From Haliotis rufescens (taxonomy: Eukaryota): 63,810 nt of DNA. Where the stretch lies: assembly GCF_023055435.1 (NCBI RefSeq), contig NW_025963797.1, positions 558,001 through 621,810 on the forward strand, given 5' to 3'. Position numbers and translations under genes: made by a program. Below are positions 25,681-37,720 of this stretch, one piece after another (the first letter of the stretch is position 1; each line of letters starts with the position of its first letter). A model generated the notes under the pieces. The model had not been told where the DNA came from. It searched no databases and saw only the letters and a list, made by a program, of their open reading frames with translations.

Positions 25681-28600
25681 ATGCTGAGGCGAAGCAGAGT
25701 TCTCTATTTCAGTGAGTACATCCTTTCAGCACAAAGGTATGCTTCAGTATGATGCATTGACAACATGAGCAGCAAATTAATGACTCGGTTACCGCGAAAT
25801 TCGTACAGTAACGTGAAAGAGAAGGTGTAATTCAAGAAAACCAAATGACCAATTATGAATATGGTCCATAGAACCATCACCTAACTATGACAAAACATTC
25901 AACAGTAAATATTATAACTGTATCACCCTGTACTATAAATACCGACATGGCAATAAATATGGTCGATATTCTGTTATTTAAGATTTGCAGTAAATATTTT
26001 ACATTCAATAAAATGAAAACACAAGCTTGTGTTATTTATCACAGTCGTTTTAGTATATGAAGCCACGTTTAAATTTATAGCAACATACACAATACATGTG
26101 CATAAACAATTTGTTGTAAGGATGCGATAAGAACAAACATTAATCAATGGCACGGTCAGTGATAGATGCACGAAGTGGTTATCTGAATGTAAGCATATAT
26201 ATCTGAATAATTACACAACGTTTGCACGTTTACACAGTGTCACTACTTGATGTGCGTTTCTTCTGGGTTTCTTCCTTTCTTTCATTCATCTTTATTTTGT
26301 CACATTTTCAGCATTTCTGATTCATGCAGTCGCAGCATGCGAGTTTGGCAAATATGGGGATAATTGTGACAAACGCTGCTCCAAAAACTGCCAAGGTAAC
26401 CTACAGAGGAACCTCACACACTGTAACAAGGGAACTGGAGAGTGCTCCGATGGCTGCATCACTGGATGGTATGCTACTCAATGTGACCAAGACTGCGGCA
26501 AGAACTGTCTGGACAACGTCTGCAATCATGGGAATGGACGGTGCACAAGGGTATGCAGTGGAAACCAAATAGGGGATTTCTGTGAGATCCCTGAAAGTGT
26601 GGGATGCTAACCGGTTTCACATTGTTACTTCAGTTGAGGGATGGCACAATAGAAATCCTGATTGTCATGCAATGATTCCTCAGTGCAAACAATTGTTGGG
26701 CATTGCATTTTGCAAAAATAAGATGTAAATTCAAAAACACCCGTCGTATTAGAAATATGTTTTTGGTTTAATTTTCTCTCTAAAGTCACAATTATTTATT
26801 ATCTCATTTGTTTTTGTTTTTGTTTTTGTATAACGCCTCACTCCGCAATACTCCTACCGTATTAGGTCTTATCACACATTTGATCCCAAATGGATGTGGT
26901 ATATTCCTTAATGAGTACTCATTTCAGTGCATCAATACACAATCAGTTTGTATTATGTAACAAAAACAAAAGTTTAACAGTGGTTTTAATGTTACATATT
27001 TGTTAACCACTAGTACATATCATCTACCTATTTAAACGAACACATACATTAAGTAACATATTCATAATTTTACATATATTTTTACCTCACAAAACTTTGT
27101 AACAACATTGGAATTTGGCATTAAGAACATACTACAAGTAACACCTCCATTTATCATAGAAACGATATAAAAAAGATGACTCAATTGAACAGTTGTCCAT
27201 AGGCAATGTTTATTTCGACAGACATCAAGGTCAAAACAGATGAAACAACAGAACAGTCAACGGCACACGTCGCAGTGATCATTACAATCTCCCTTGTGGC
27301 AATTAGTGTTATCATCGCCGTAACCGTCGTCATAACATGTCGACGCCAGGGAGACAACAGGTAAGTTAAACAACATTTCATATAATCTTTTTGAAAGCGT
27401 GACTTGCATTTCTAAGATTCTTTCTGTGTACTCTTACACAAAGCCTACATGGTTTAAAAGAAGATGACTCTTTAATAGAACTGAGACAAGGGTGTAAAAA
27501 TAGAAATGCAAGTTATGTTTTTGTTGCAGTGAAAAGACTAGTCATGATGAAATGTTATTGTTACTGTCGAGAATGGTGACGGTGGGTTCTAATACATGTA
27601 CTCAGTTCTAATACATTTTGCAAAACAGGTTATCATTTAGAATTACCCCGTACTCGATGCCAGAAGTGAAAATCTGAACAACGCCATACGTATGACAACA
27701 ATTGTTCCTTAGTAAAGTGGACATGAATGACATCTTGCCAGCGATGTCTAATTGCTGTTCTTGTTTTTTTTCTCCTAAAGAGCTGTTCCCATAATAGGTT
27801 TAACTTTACATCTCTTACAATAAACGTCTGAATAACCTCAATGTCACGAGATGGTAAAACAATTCGAGTTTGTGGAAAGGTGGATGGGACAGTCGTGATT
27901 CCTTACAATAAACTTACTGCTTGTGACCTTTACATCAGTGGACGTATAGTGTACTTGTTACCCACTTGGTGACCATGATTGTGTCTATCAAATTACTCTC
28001 AGAACTAATGATAGGTTCTTATTAATTGCAGAAGAAAGTCAACCAGGAGGCCAAAAGGTATTGTAGCAAATTGCATTAGAGGGTTAGATATCTTCACACA
28101 TTGTAACTGCCACTGGGTAATTGACCCTGGGAAACACCACCATTCTGATTCCAAGCTCCGCATCCCGCCCTCTGGGAAACTGATCCCAAAACCTTTCGCA
28201 AACACAAGGCATCAGCACTATTTGAAATTGACTCAGAAATATATTAGTAGTTGGACTCGTACGGTGGCCTGCTTTAAGTGAGCCTGTTTTAGTAGGATAT
28301 TATGCTTGTGGGTTGTTGTGTGTCTTTGGTCGATTTTGTTCACGATGGCAACAGTAGGCCTAAACTTACATCTAGCACATACATGTATATTTACAACTCT
28401 AGAACTGTACTCAGTATGTCATTGTCCCACAATGATGGATGGAGGCTGGTTTTATGCAACACAACAACAATCATAGTTAGCAGGATGCATTTCTGTTATC
28501 TCCTTGAGTGGCTGATGTACAGAGTAGGGTCGGGTTGGCGGTTGATGATAGTTGTATCTCTTCGTTCCTCGTTGTAACCTACTACTGTCATAAGGTCCGG

Positions 28601-29470
28601 GTTATAATTAGTCCTCAGCAACACATGTTTGTCGTAACGGTGATCAGCATCGCTGCCTTAGAAGGTGCATACCGTCGTTCCTCATTTGCAGAGATATATG
28701 CTCATGTTGTCAGTCACTAGATTGTCTGTTCCAGTCTCAATTATGTACATACCAACATCATATAGCCCCGTGGAAAACCATCGTCCTTAGAGTCAGTCAC
28801 TTCTTAAAAAAAACATTGACAAAGACCATCACACATAAATCATGAATATCTGTCCGAATCAATATATTAACACGTTTACTTAATGCAAAAACACTATGAT
28901 CCAGTTGAATTGATCCTATTGACATATCTCTATGTTTCATAATTGGGACGTCACCAAATTTGACCTTTCAGTAAAAAATACCGGAATGGTACTCTGTGTC
29001 ACTGTTTACAGGCTGACGTCGCATGGCAGGGGTATTGCTGTGTTGCGTCAGGAAATACAAACAATTTATATGAATGACGGGTTCTACCGGTAGAGCAGGA
29101 CATCCAAACCCTTTTTGCGAACATCTGGTGTCATCACTGATTTTCAGTTGTCCATTCACACAATTTCATCTGTTATTTGCCCTTTAAACCAAATTGAATC
29201 TGTTTTTGCAGAAAATCTAGGTGGATTATTCTCTACCATTGTCAATTTATGTTATATTGATAAGCTTACCCACTGAATCAGCACCATCTGGAAACCATTT
29301 TTAATTCTACTGAATAACCAAAAAAAGTTAAGTTAAATCTAAAAATGTATTTTTAATTAACTTCCTAATAATATGGTCGCACGCTATGCCCTTATGTGAT
29401 TTTTCTTTTTTTCTTTTTTTTCCAGCTGGTACTGACCCTGAAAATCCTGAAGGCGTGCCTTTACTGCCAA
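25681..29470 (+). CDS. Receptor 2, N-terminal exons: signal peptide + EGF-like + TM + linker; join(25681-25711,26312-26596,27222-27360,[27781-27797],29426-29470)
   Basis: MLRRSRVLYFT|FLIHAVAA signal, then CEFGKYGDNCDKRCSKNC...CSDGCITGWYATQCDQDC. TM VAVIITISLVAISVIIAVTVVITC-RR. Linker exon GTDPENPEGVPLLP. The 17-nt micro-exon is tentative. Confidence 0.7.
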
Positions 29471-29625
29471 GTAGGTAACCATAACAACGTATTGATGTTG
29501 TAACAATGACGTTGTATATATTCTTACATATTCCGTAACATTGTGAAAATAAACTAACACCAATAGAAATTTACTTGACTTTCACCTTGTCAATGCCTAA
29601 TGCCTTAAGCACTGTAGTTGTATTG

Positions 29626-29797
29626 AGAGTGAGTGAGTGAGTGAGTGTGGTTTTATGCCGTTTTAGCAATATTCAAGGAATATCACGGAGAGGGACACCA
29701 GAAATAGGCTTCACACATTGTATCCATGTCGGGAATCGAGCCCAGGTCTTCGGCCTGACGAGCGAACGCTTTAACCACTAGGCTACCCCACCGCCCC
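29626..29797 (-). mobile_element. SINE family A
   Basis: Same head and tail as 3403-3568. Confidence 0.85.
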
Positions 29798-32785
29798 GTA
29801 GGTGTAGAGACGTAGATGATGATGACGGTATATGTGTCATACGTTCTGTAGCAGCAGCTAGGGTCACACAAAACATGTTACTTGTGAACTCGTGTGTACA
29901 CTTATGATTTGGTGGTTGCTTATTCTCGCCTACATTCAAGGACACTTTAAGAATGGGCAGGATGATGCCAGTGTGTCAACTTATTAGTTAGGCTGGCATC
30001 AATCAGAAGTATATGTGTATTGTTTTGAGGGATAAACTTGATCAATGTTGCTTGAGGTGGATACATCTGAGTATGTGAGACTGAAGGAGAATACTAACTG
30101 TTAAAGTTCTTTGTGGTTTATCTGAATCTTTATTCAATGGTCATGCCTTTTTTCCAAAGAGAAGGCATAATGATAAACCAGAAGTGCTAATACCTCTGTT
30201 CTTGAGGTTGATATAGGAATTGAACTTTCGTAAATTACATTACATTGGGCAAACACTTTCAAAGCTTAAAGGGATGTCATTAAGTCGTGAATGCTGAGAA
30301 ATTTGGCATCGTGTTTGCGGCATGCACATATTTTCCTTTTTATAAAATGTACTGCAATGGACATGTACATATTCAAAGCAATATAATGTTACAAAACCGG
30401 GAATGTTTATACCTTGTGTTTAGGATGGCTATTGGTGAAGTCATCTTCCTCCGCACTTGGTAAAGTGAAACGGTTCATAAAACATGGTTCAGTTGGGAAT
30501 GTTTTCGCAATTGAGGATAGTTCGATGGCAAAATGTGCTTGAATAAATCTGATCTTAAATTACACTAACAGACAGAGCACAATCAGTATCCAAGGCATCT
30601 GGCCAAAAACGCAAACGTATGCTTTCATAGCCTCAAATTTATCTAGGACCATCTAAATCGTTTGAACATTAAATGATTTTCTAGCCACAGGTTTTGGGGA
30701 ACTTTTGATAAAAACAGAGCGTTCATCAAACGTAAAAAAACATGCAAAACCAAAAGCTTAGCATGGTCCTCACAGGGGTGGGGGGTCGTGGGTCCAGTGT
30801 CAATTGTTGATGTAAAGTTGTAACATTTCATACTTTAAATACGTATTTGATAATAAAGCGGGAGTTCATATAAATATCTCCCTTTACACTGAGTGAGGAC
30901 TTGTATTGCGAGTAGTATTGACATTTATGAAGTGTTCAGGGATAGGTGCCAAATTTGGGAGAGACAGTCATGAACTCTTTGTTTGAAATACTCAAAAACA
31001 ATTTGATATCACCAATCTCTTGACCTATTTATGTAACATATGATGTTTAAATGCTCAGAAATAAAGTAAACCTTTCATCACTGGTTATATGACCAAGGTT
31101 TTGATTCAATCAATTGATTGATAATAATGCTTTGGTAGCCTGTACTGCTAAACATAATTGTATATTTTGACCATGAGAGTTTGGGAGTGCAACAAAGTGC
31201 TAAGATATGTCTAGTTATTCACAGTTTCTATGTGTTCTCCTTTAAAATATAATTTTTCATAATGTCTAAATAGTCTGCCCCTTCTTGTTTCAAGATCGAT
31301 ATTCATTCCTGTAGCATAACATAATTCTTCAACACAAGTTATTTCTTTCTTAAGTTTTTGTTTAATAAAATGTTATATATACATGTATGTAATTCGCTAA
31401 AATTCGAATAATTATATTACCATAGTGATATACTTATGTTGTGCAGTAGTGTGGTGTGGTTTGGCGTATACTGTATGTGTTGTTTTACGCTTATTCTTGT
31501 TGCCATTGAAATGTGAATTCCAACGGTACTATATAAAACATCGAAGCAAAAATGTGATAAAACCAATGTACCGTTTCAGATGAGATTTGACATGAATCAT
31601 GTTCTAATTTGTTTTCTTCAGGATATAATGTGCTTTCCCACATTAATAATCAAAGGAAAGATGAGTATATATATATATGTCATGGATAGAGGTAGGCTTC
31701 ATATTTGACGGACGTTCAATACGTTTTGCAAGTTGCAAAACTTATTGAACTTATTGAACGCCCCTCGTGGAAATCAGTGACAACACAAGGTGTTCGGGAG
31801 AAGGTGAGCACGTCCTTGCCCTACCGGTAGTACCCTCGTATTCACACAATTTGCGTCAAAATGTTGGTATTTATTGCGTGACGCCGCACAGCATTACTCC
31901 TGTCTTGGACGGCCAAAAAGGACCCCAAAACAAGGCGCGTCTCCCTTAGCGCTCACATCGACAGATACTCAGAAAGATTGGGAATTCGATATCTTAAATA
32001 GTCAGTTTTTGTTCTTTAAAATGAATGCAGCTGACGCTATGTAGAGTAAATCGTAAAGCTAATGACGAAAATAATTAGTGCAACCTTGTGTCTACCATTA
32101 AGGAGGTAAAGCAATGTGTATGATTAATATTGGTATGTATTGTGTTATTGTTAATGTTACCAGTGTCATTGCAACGCGCTAACGTGACGCAATGACAGTG
32201 TTGTGCATATGACATATATGTGTTGTAATATAAACGGTATCTAACGGGTACGAATGAAGTAATTTATTTGTAACTCATTTAAACTTTACATATTCTCTAA
32301 GTTGTTAAAATGTGGCGTATGATTACAACATTAGTAGCTGATGATTCGAGCATAGAATGTTCTTTCAAAGTGCCCCCTGGAAATAAAGTGCGCATCTTCC
32401 TCCAATATTGATTAGAAGAAATATTCGATGCCGATTCTAAAATCGTGTCGAAATAGCATTTAAATACACAGACATCACCGAGTTACAGTTGTATCAAACG
32501 GAAATTCAGCTTCACACTCTGTTCAGCGAAGGTGAGCCGTGAAGGAAACCCGCGAGACGATTTACGTTGACTGTGTGATTTCATAGGAACCAGCATATTG
32601 TTTATCTGTTATACAATTAGTGGTAATTACTGTCTTCTATGCTTCTATGCCTCTCTGTTGTTGTGTGAAAAACAGTAGTGTCGATCGGGAGTAGATTATT
32701 CACCTATGGGTTGAGTGGACCTTGCAGATTATGATTACTTTGTCTATCTGTTTTGTTTTCTGAATGTCTCCATGTTGTCTTCCAG

Positions 32786-35700
32786 GTATGCTGGAGTGGG
32801 AGATTCAGAAGACAGAAGAATTATTTGAAGAGACTGCTATCTACCATAAAGTCAAGGAACGTTTAGGGAACTTTAGACATGTGACAATATCTGGTGCTTC
32901 AGGGGACGGAAAGACGTCAATGGCGCTGATGTTGGGGTCAGAATACCAGAAGAAAGGGTATGAACTATATTTTGTCCACAACATTTCAGAATTCGAGTTA
33001 TGTAGTGAAATACAAGGTAAATTTCTGTGTTTCATATTTGATGACATATTTGGAACAGTAGAAATATCAACCGATTGACCTCACCTCAGACGGATTTTAG
33101 ATATTCTCAACTCTTACTTTGAGCAGGTGGCATCTAACTTTTCTAAATCATTCCAATCTAATGGAAAACTTGACTCTCATTCAAATCACAGAGAAAAAGA
33201 CATGGGAAACGTTCGTGTCATATTTACCACAAAATCATACAATCTTGACCTGGGAAAAATACACTTGGGAGAAAATGAGTGTGTGTTTTTCAAAGGAGAT
33301 TCAGTCATTGACCTTACACGGTCTGAGAGTCGCTACACAGTCGAAGAAAAGAAACAGATGTTTATAAAACATAAAACTTATAACAGTAACAGTAGTTATT
33401 TTGATTTAGACAAAATGTGTGGCATTAAGGATCAACTGTTTTGCTTCCCGCTCACATGCAAACTGTTCTTCAGTTTTCCAAAATCACATGATCAATATGA
33501 AGATTTTTTTTTAAGACGCCTCTCAGGGCAGAACTGGAATCTCTGCTAAAAAAAGGTGAATAACAAGTCATCAGCACTGATCCTTATGTTGCTTTGTGAA
33601 GGTAACCTGAACCTTTGCCATTTGGAATCAGGCAGCCAAACGCTTGAGAAACATCTCTCCACAGTCTCAAGTGTAGTTAGTGGTGTTGACAGTGCAGAGA
33701 TTATCAGTTGCGTGAAGGGATTTTTCGGTACATTTTTTACCAAAGCAGACATCACCATTATTTCACACCCAGCAATCTATGATGCCTGTGCCTTTGTCTA
33801 TTGCAAAATCAATTGTGCTTTTGTATTACGACACTGCAGCATACAATTCCTGTACGAACGTGTTCAGGCCCAAACAGTACCTGCATGCGAGACTGATGAG
33901 GATAGGCATGTGATCTATGTATCAGATGCCTACAATGACATCATTGCTTCAAGACTGGCAGGGGCTGTGAGGGAGGGGGACTATCGGATGTCTATCATGC
34001 ACCCTATATTGGAAAGACATGATATAGTGGATAAGGTCCTTGCTGCAGTCAAACCCTTCCTGACTTCAGTGACATATGAACATGGTAACAACGTATTTCA
34101 TTATGCCTGTTATTCGGGAAATGTGTACATTGTACGTAAACTCCTTCCTTTTTGTGACATCAACAGTTAAGGAAGCTGGTTGGACGCCAGTAATGATAGC
34201 TGTGATGCTGGGGCCGGAGGGTGTCTTTCACATTATTGTGTCAGAGGGAGCTGACATCACACTGGCCGATAAAGAGAACAATAGCTGTCTTCACCTGGCA
34301 TGCATACGCATACATAGGTCATTAGTAGAATACCTACTGCAAAATAATGACATAAACATCAGAGGAAAAATGGGATGGACACCACTGATGACTGCAGCTT
34401 TGATTGGAAGGAAAGATGTGTTTGACTTGTGTCAAAGGGTCAAAGGGAGCTGACATCACACTGACTGATGACGACAATAACAACATTCTTCATCTGGCAT
34501 GTCAGGGAGGAAATAAGCCCTTAGTAGAATTTCTACTGCCAAAGACTGACATAAACATAAGAGGAAATATGGGACACAGACCACTAATGAATGCAGCTTC
34601 GAGAGGACAGAAAAATGTGTTTGACTTCCTTGTGTCAAAGGGAGTTGACATCACAATGACTGATGACGACAATAACAACATTCTTCATCTGGCATGTCGG
34701 GGAGGAAATAACCCCTTAGTAGAATATCTACTGAAAAACACTGACATAAACATAAGAGGAAGTATGGGACGGACACCACTAATGAAGGCAGCTTGGAGTG
34801 GAAAGAAAGATGTGTTTGACTTCCTTATGTCAAAGGGAGCTGACATCACATTGACAGATGACGATAATAACAACATTCTTCATCAGGCATGCGAAGGAGG
34901 AAATAAGCCGTTAGTAGAATATCTACTGACAAAGACTGACATAAACATAAGAGGAGAAATGGGACAGTCACCACTAATGACTGCAGCTTTGAGTGGAGGA
35001 AAGATGTGTTTGACTTCCTTGTGTCAAAGGGAGCTGACATCACACTGACTGATGACGACAATAACAGCATTCTTCATCTGGCATGTTTGGGAGGAAATAA
35101 GCCGTTAGTAGAATATGTACTGACAAAGAATGACATAAACATAAGAGGAAAATGGGACAGACACCACTAATGAATGCAGCTTGGAGTGGAAAGAAAAATG
35201 TGTTTGACTTCCTTGTGTCAAAGGGAGCTGACATCACACTGACTGATGACGGCAATGACAACATTCTTCACCTTGCCTGCAAAGGTGGAAATAAAGCCTT
35301 AGTAGAACATCTACTGCCAATGTGTGACATCAACTGTCGGGGGCACAAGGGTTGGACACCAGTAATGAAAGGAGCCTCCAGTGGGAATAAGGATACATTT
35401 GATCTCCTCCTGTTAAATGGAGCTAACCCATCACTCTCTGGTGATGACAATGATACTTTACTCCATGCAGCCAGTAGAGGTGGAAACATTGACATTGTTA
35501 GACATGTTACTGGTGACTTTGACATCAACACACGAGGAGAGAATGATGCTAGCTGTGTGTGGAGGTCACACTGATGTAGTTGACTTCCTGGTGGACCATG
35601 GTGCTGACGTCAACCTGGTGGACAATGATGGAGATAGTCTCCTCCATTTGGCTTGTGAGTCAGGAAACTTGAAGATGGTTAAGCATGTCATGTCCTATTC

Positions 35701-36275
35701 TGATAGATAACTTTGGTTGGACACCGTTGGCAATGGCAGCTGTGGAGGGAAACTATGCTGTTTTTCAATATCTTAAAGGCCTAGGAGCAGATGTGACACT
35801 GGCAGACAGGGCAGAAGATGGTGTGTATACTCTGGCCCTCCAGGGAGGATGCAGGGGGATCATCAAGGAGTTAGGACGAGAGGAACATTCAGGGAAAAGC
35901 ATCACACCATGGAATGAATTGATGAAGTCACTAGTGACATCACAAGTGGACTACCTAAAGACATATTCACAACTAAGTCCTGACCTTGTTCAGAAAGATC
36001 AATTTGGAGATAGCTTACTACATCTGGCCTGTCGAGGAGGGAACAGACAGTGTGTGGAGTATCTGCTCCCATCCTATGACATCAATGTCCGAGGTCGCTA
36101 TGACTGGACACCGGTGATGATGGCAGCTGTGTGTGGCCATGGAGATGTCTTCCAGTTGCTGGTGTCTCACAAGGCGGATCTGTCTCTAGTCTCAAGTACA
36201 GGGGAAGATATCACCTCCCTGGCTCGTCGTGGCAACAACGACGACATTGTCAAGTACCGATTGGATAAGTCTTGA
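32786..36275 (+). pseudogene. Large terminal exon: nSTAND3-like P-loop NTPase + helical region + ~20 ankyrin repeats; disrupted; probable C-terminal exon of receptor 2
   Basis: Phase-1 acceptor TCTTCCAG at 32785. Walker A ISGASGDGKT, Walker B FIFDDIFG, then CFPLTCKLF and SHPAIYD motifs. Ankyrin consensus GxTPLMxAA..G..LLLxxGAD. Lesions: TGA 33076 and frameshifts near 33510, 33550, 34168, 34430, 34998, 35150, 35543, 35705. Confidence 0.85.
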
Positions 36276-37559
36276 GATATACATGATGGAGCTTATTTTC
36301 AAGTAGTATTGCCCCCGACAGTCATACCTGGGAAGGTGTTTTGATAGTGTTGAACTAGAAACATATTTTCAAAAATCATTTTTGTATGATATTGGGATGC
36401 ATACCAATATGGATTGTGCATGGGTTCCTGTGTGAAAAGCATTACATATGTATAATATGTTTGAAACAAAACATGCGAATATACTTCCCGTGTTTTGTGA
36501 CAAGGGCTGGACACCAGCAATGAATGCATCAGCGATAAGGCTGTTTTTTTTAGATGAGTAGTTATGTAAAACCGATAGTCTATGACTAGTTACGTCTATA
36601 AACATTATGTGTATGCAATACCGGAAAAAAAGCTTCAACGTTGTTTTGTTTCTTGTGCTGGGATAAATTAATGTATTAGTCTAAATATTGTATATACTAT
36701 GAAGCCTAATCTGAATTGCAATGACACATAATATTACAAAAAACATTACACATGGCACATGTATAACAGAAGCAGCTGTATTGCTGGATGATGCAGTAAT
36801 GGGATAGTTAGCAATGCAGTGTAAATAATCTTTATTTGTCGTCTTTATGATATGGGGTTCATTCCACTCCACACAGCCATGTGATGTATACCAGAAGCAG
36901 GTGTATCAGATTCCGTTATTCTGAAAAAATAGCTTCTGTGCTAGAATCAAATAAGAATACCAAGACATGTATAGAAACTTTCTGTGCCTAACATAATGTG
37001 TAATCGTGTATTGCCTTTGTGCGTAATATTTGATGTCGATACATGTTTTCGCAATGACAATATCATGTCAATGTTGTCATAAATTAAAATGTTTCTCCTA
37101 GGGGTTAGATAGCCTTGCAGGGTCATTTACCCTGTTTCGGTGCATAACAAGGACGTATTTCTTGCTATTAATTGACAGTTTAAGAATTGCAGGTTGTATT
37201 ACGTTCTATTTTATTTCTATGTTGCTTTATCATCACCTTCCCTTCTTGGTGGTGGTGCTCTTATTTAAAACTAGATGAAGATTCAAAATGGACTGTCAGC
37301 AGGTGTTATTTTGAAATTGTGTTTACTATTATATAATACGTTCTTCTAATGCCTCCCACAACAAACAAAATCATACCTTTATTGGGGTAATTATCCATGC
37401 GTAGTAAATAACCTGTATGTATTTCCTTTGTGACAGAGGTTATGTTTGTTTTACTATTAATTGACCATCATTCTACCAACTTGATGTATCCCAGATGTAT
37501 GCCTTATGTTTCCATGTTTCTCAGCACCGTACACGTGCTCGTTGGTTTCTCGTCTAAGA

Positions 37560-37720
37560 CGTGCATTACTTCGGGCTTTCCTCCCACATTAAGCTGACAC
37601 GTCGTGATATAACTGCAATATTGTTAAAAGCAGCGTTAAACCCAACCCACTCACTCAATATGCTGCCGTCATATAGCTGGAATATTGCTGAGTGTGGCGT
37701 TAAACGACAAAAAAACAACA
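37560..37720 (+). mobile_element. SINE 3' fragments (family D tail plus family B tail)
   Basis: GGCTTTCCTCCCACATTAAGCTGACACG...GCGTTAAACCCAACCCACTCACTC matches 61603-61855 in reverse. Confidence 0.6.

Noticed and set aside
27530-27586. Alternative linker exon SEKTSHDEMLLLLSRM after the receptor 2 TM exon
   Set aside because: Good acceptor, but its best donors give phase 0, which is incompatible with the next exon. Left unresolved without transcript data.
33076-35710. Programmed frameshifting or readthrough in the NTPase-ankyrin exon
   Set aside because: Too many heterogeneous lesions, including deletion of conserved ankyrin residues.
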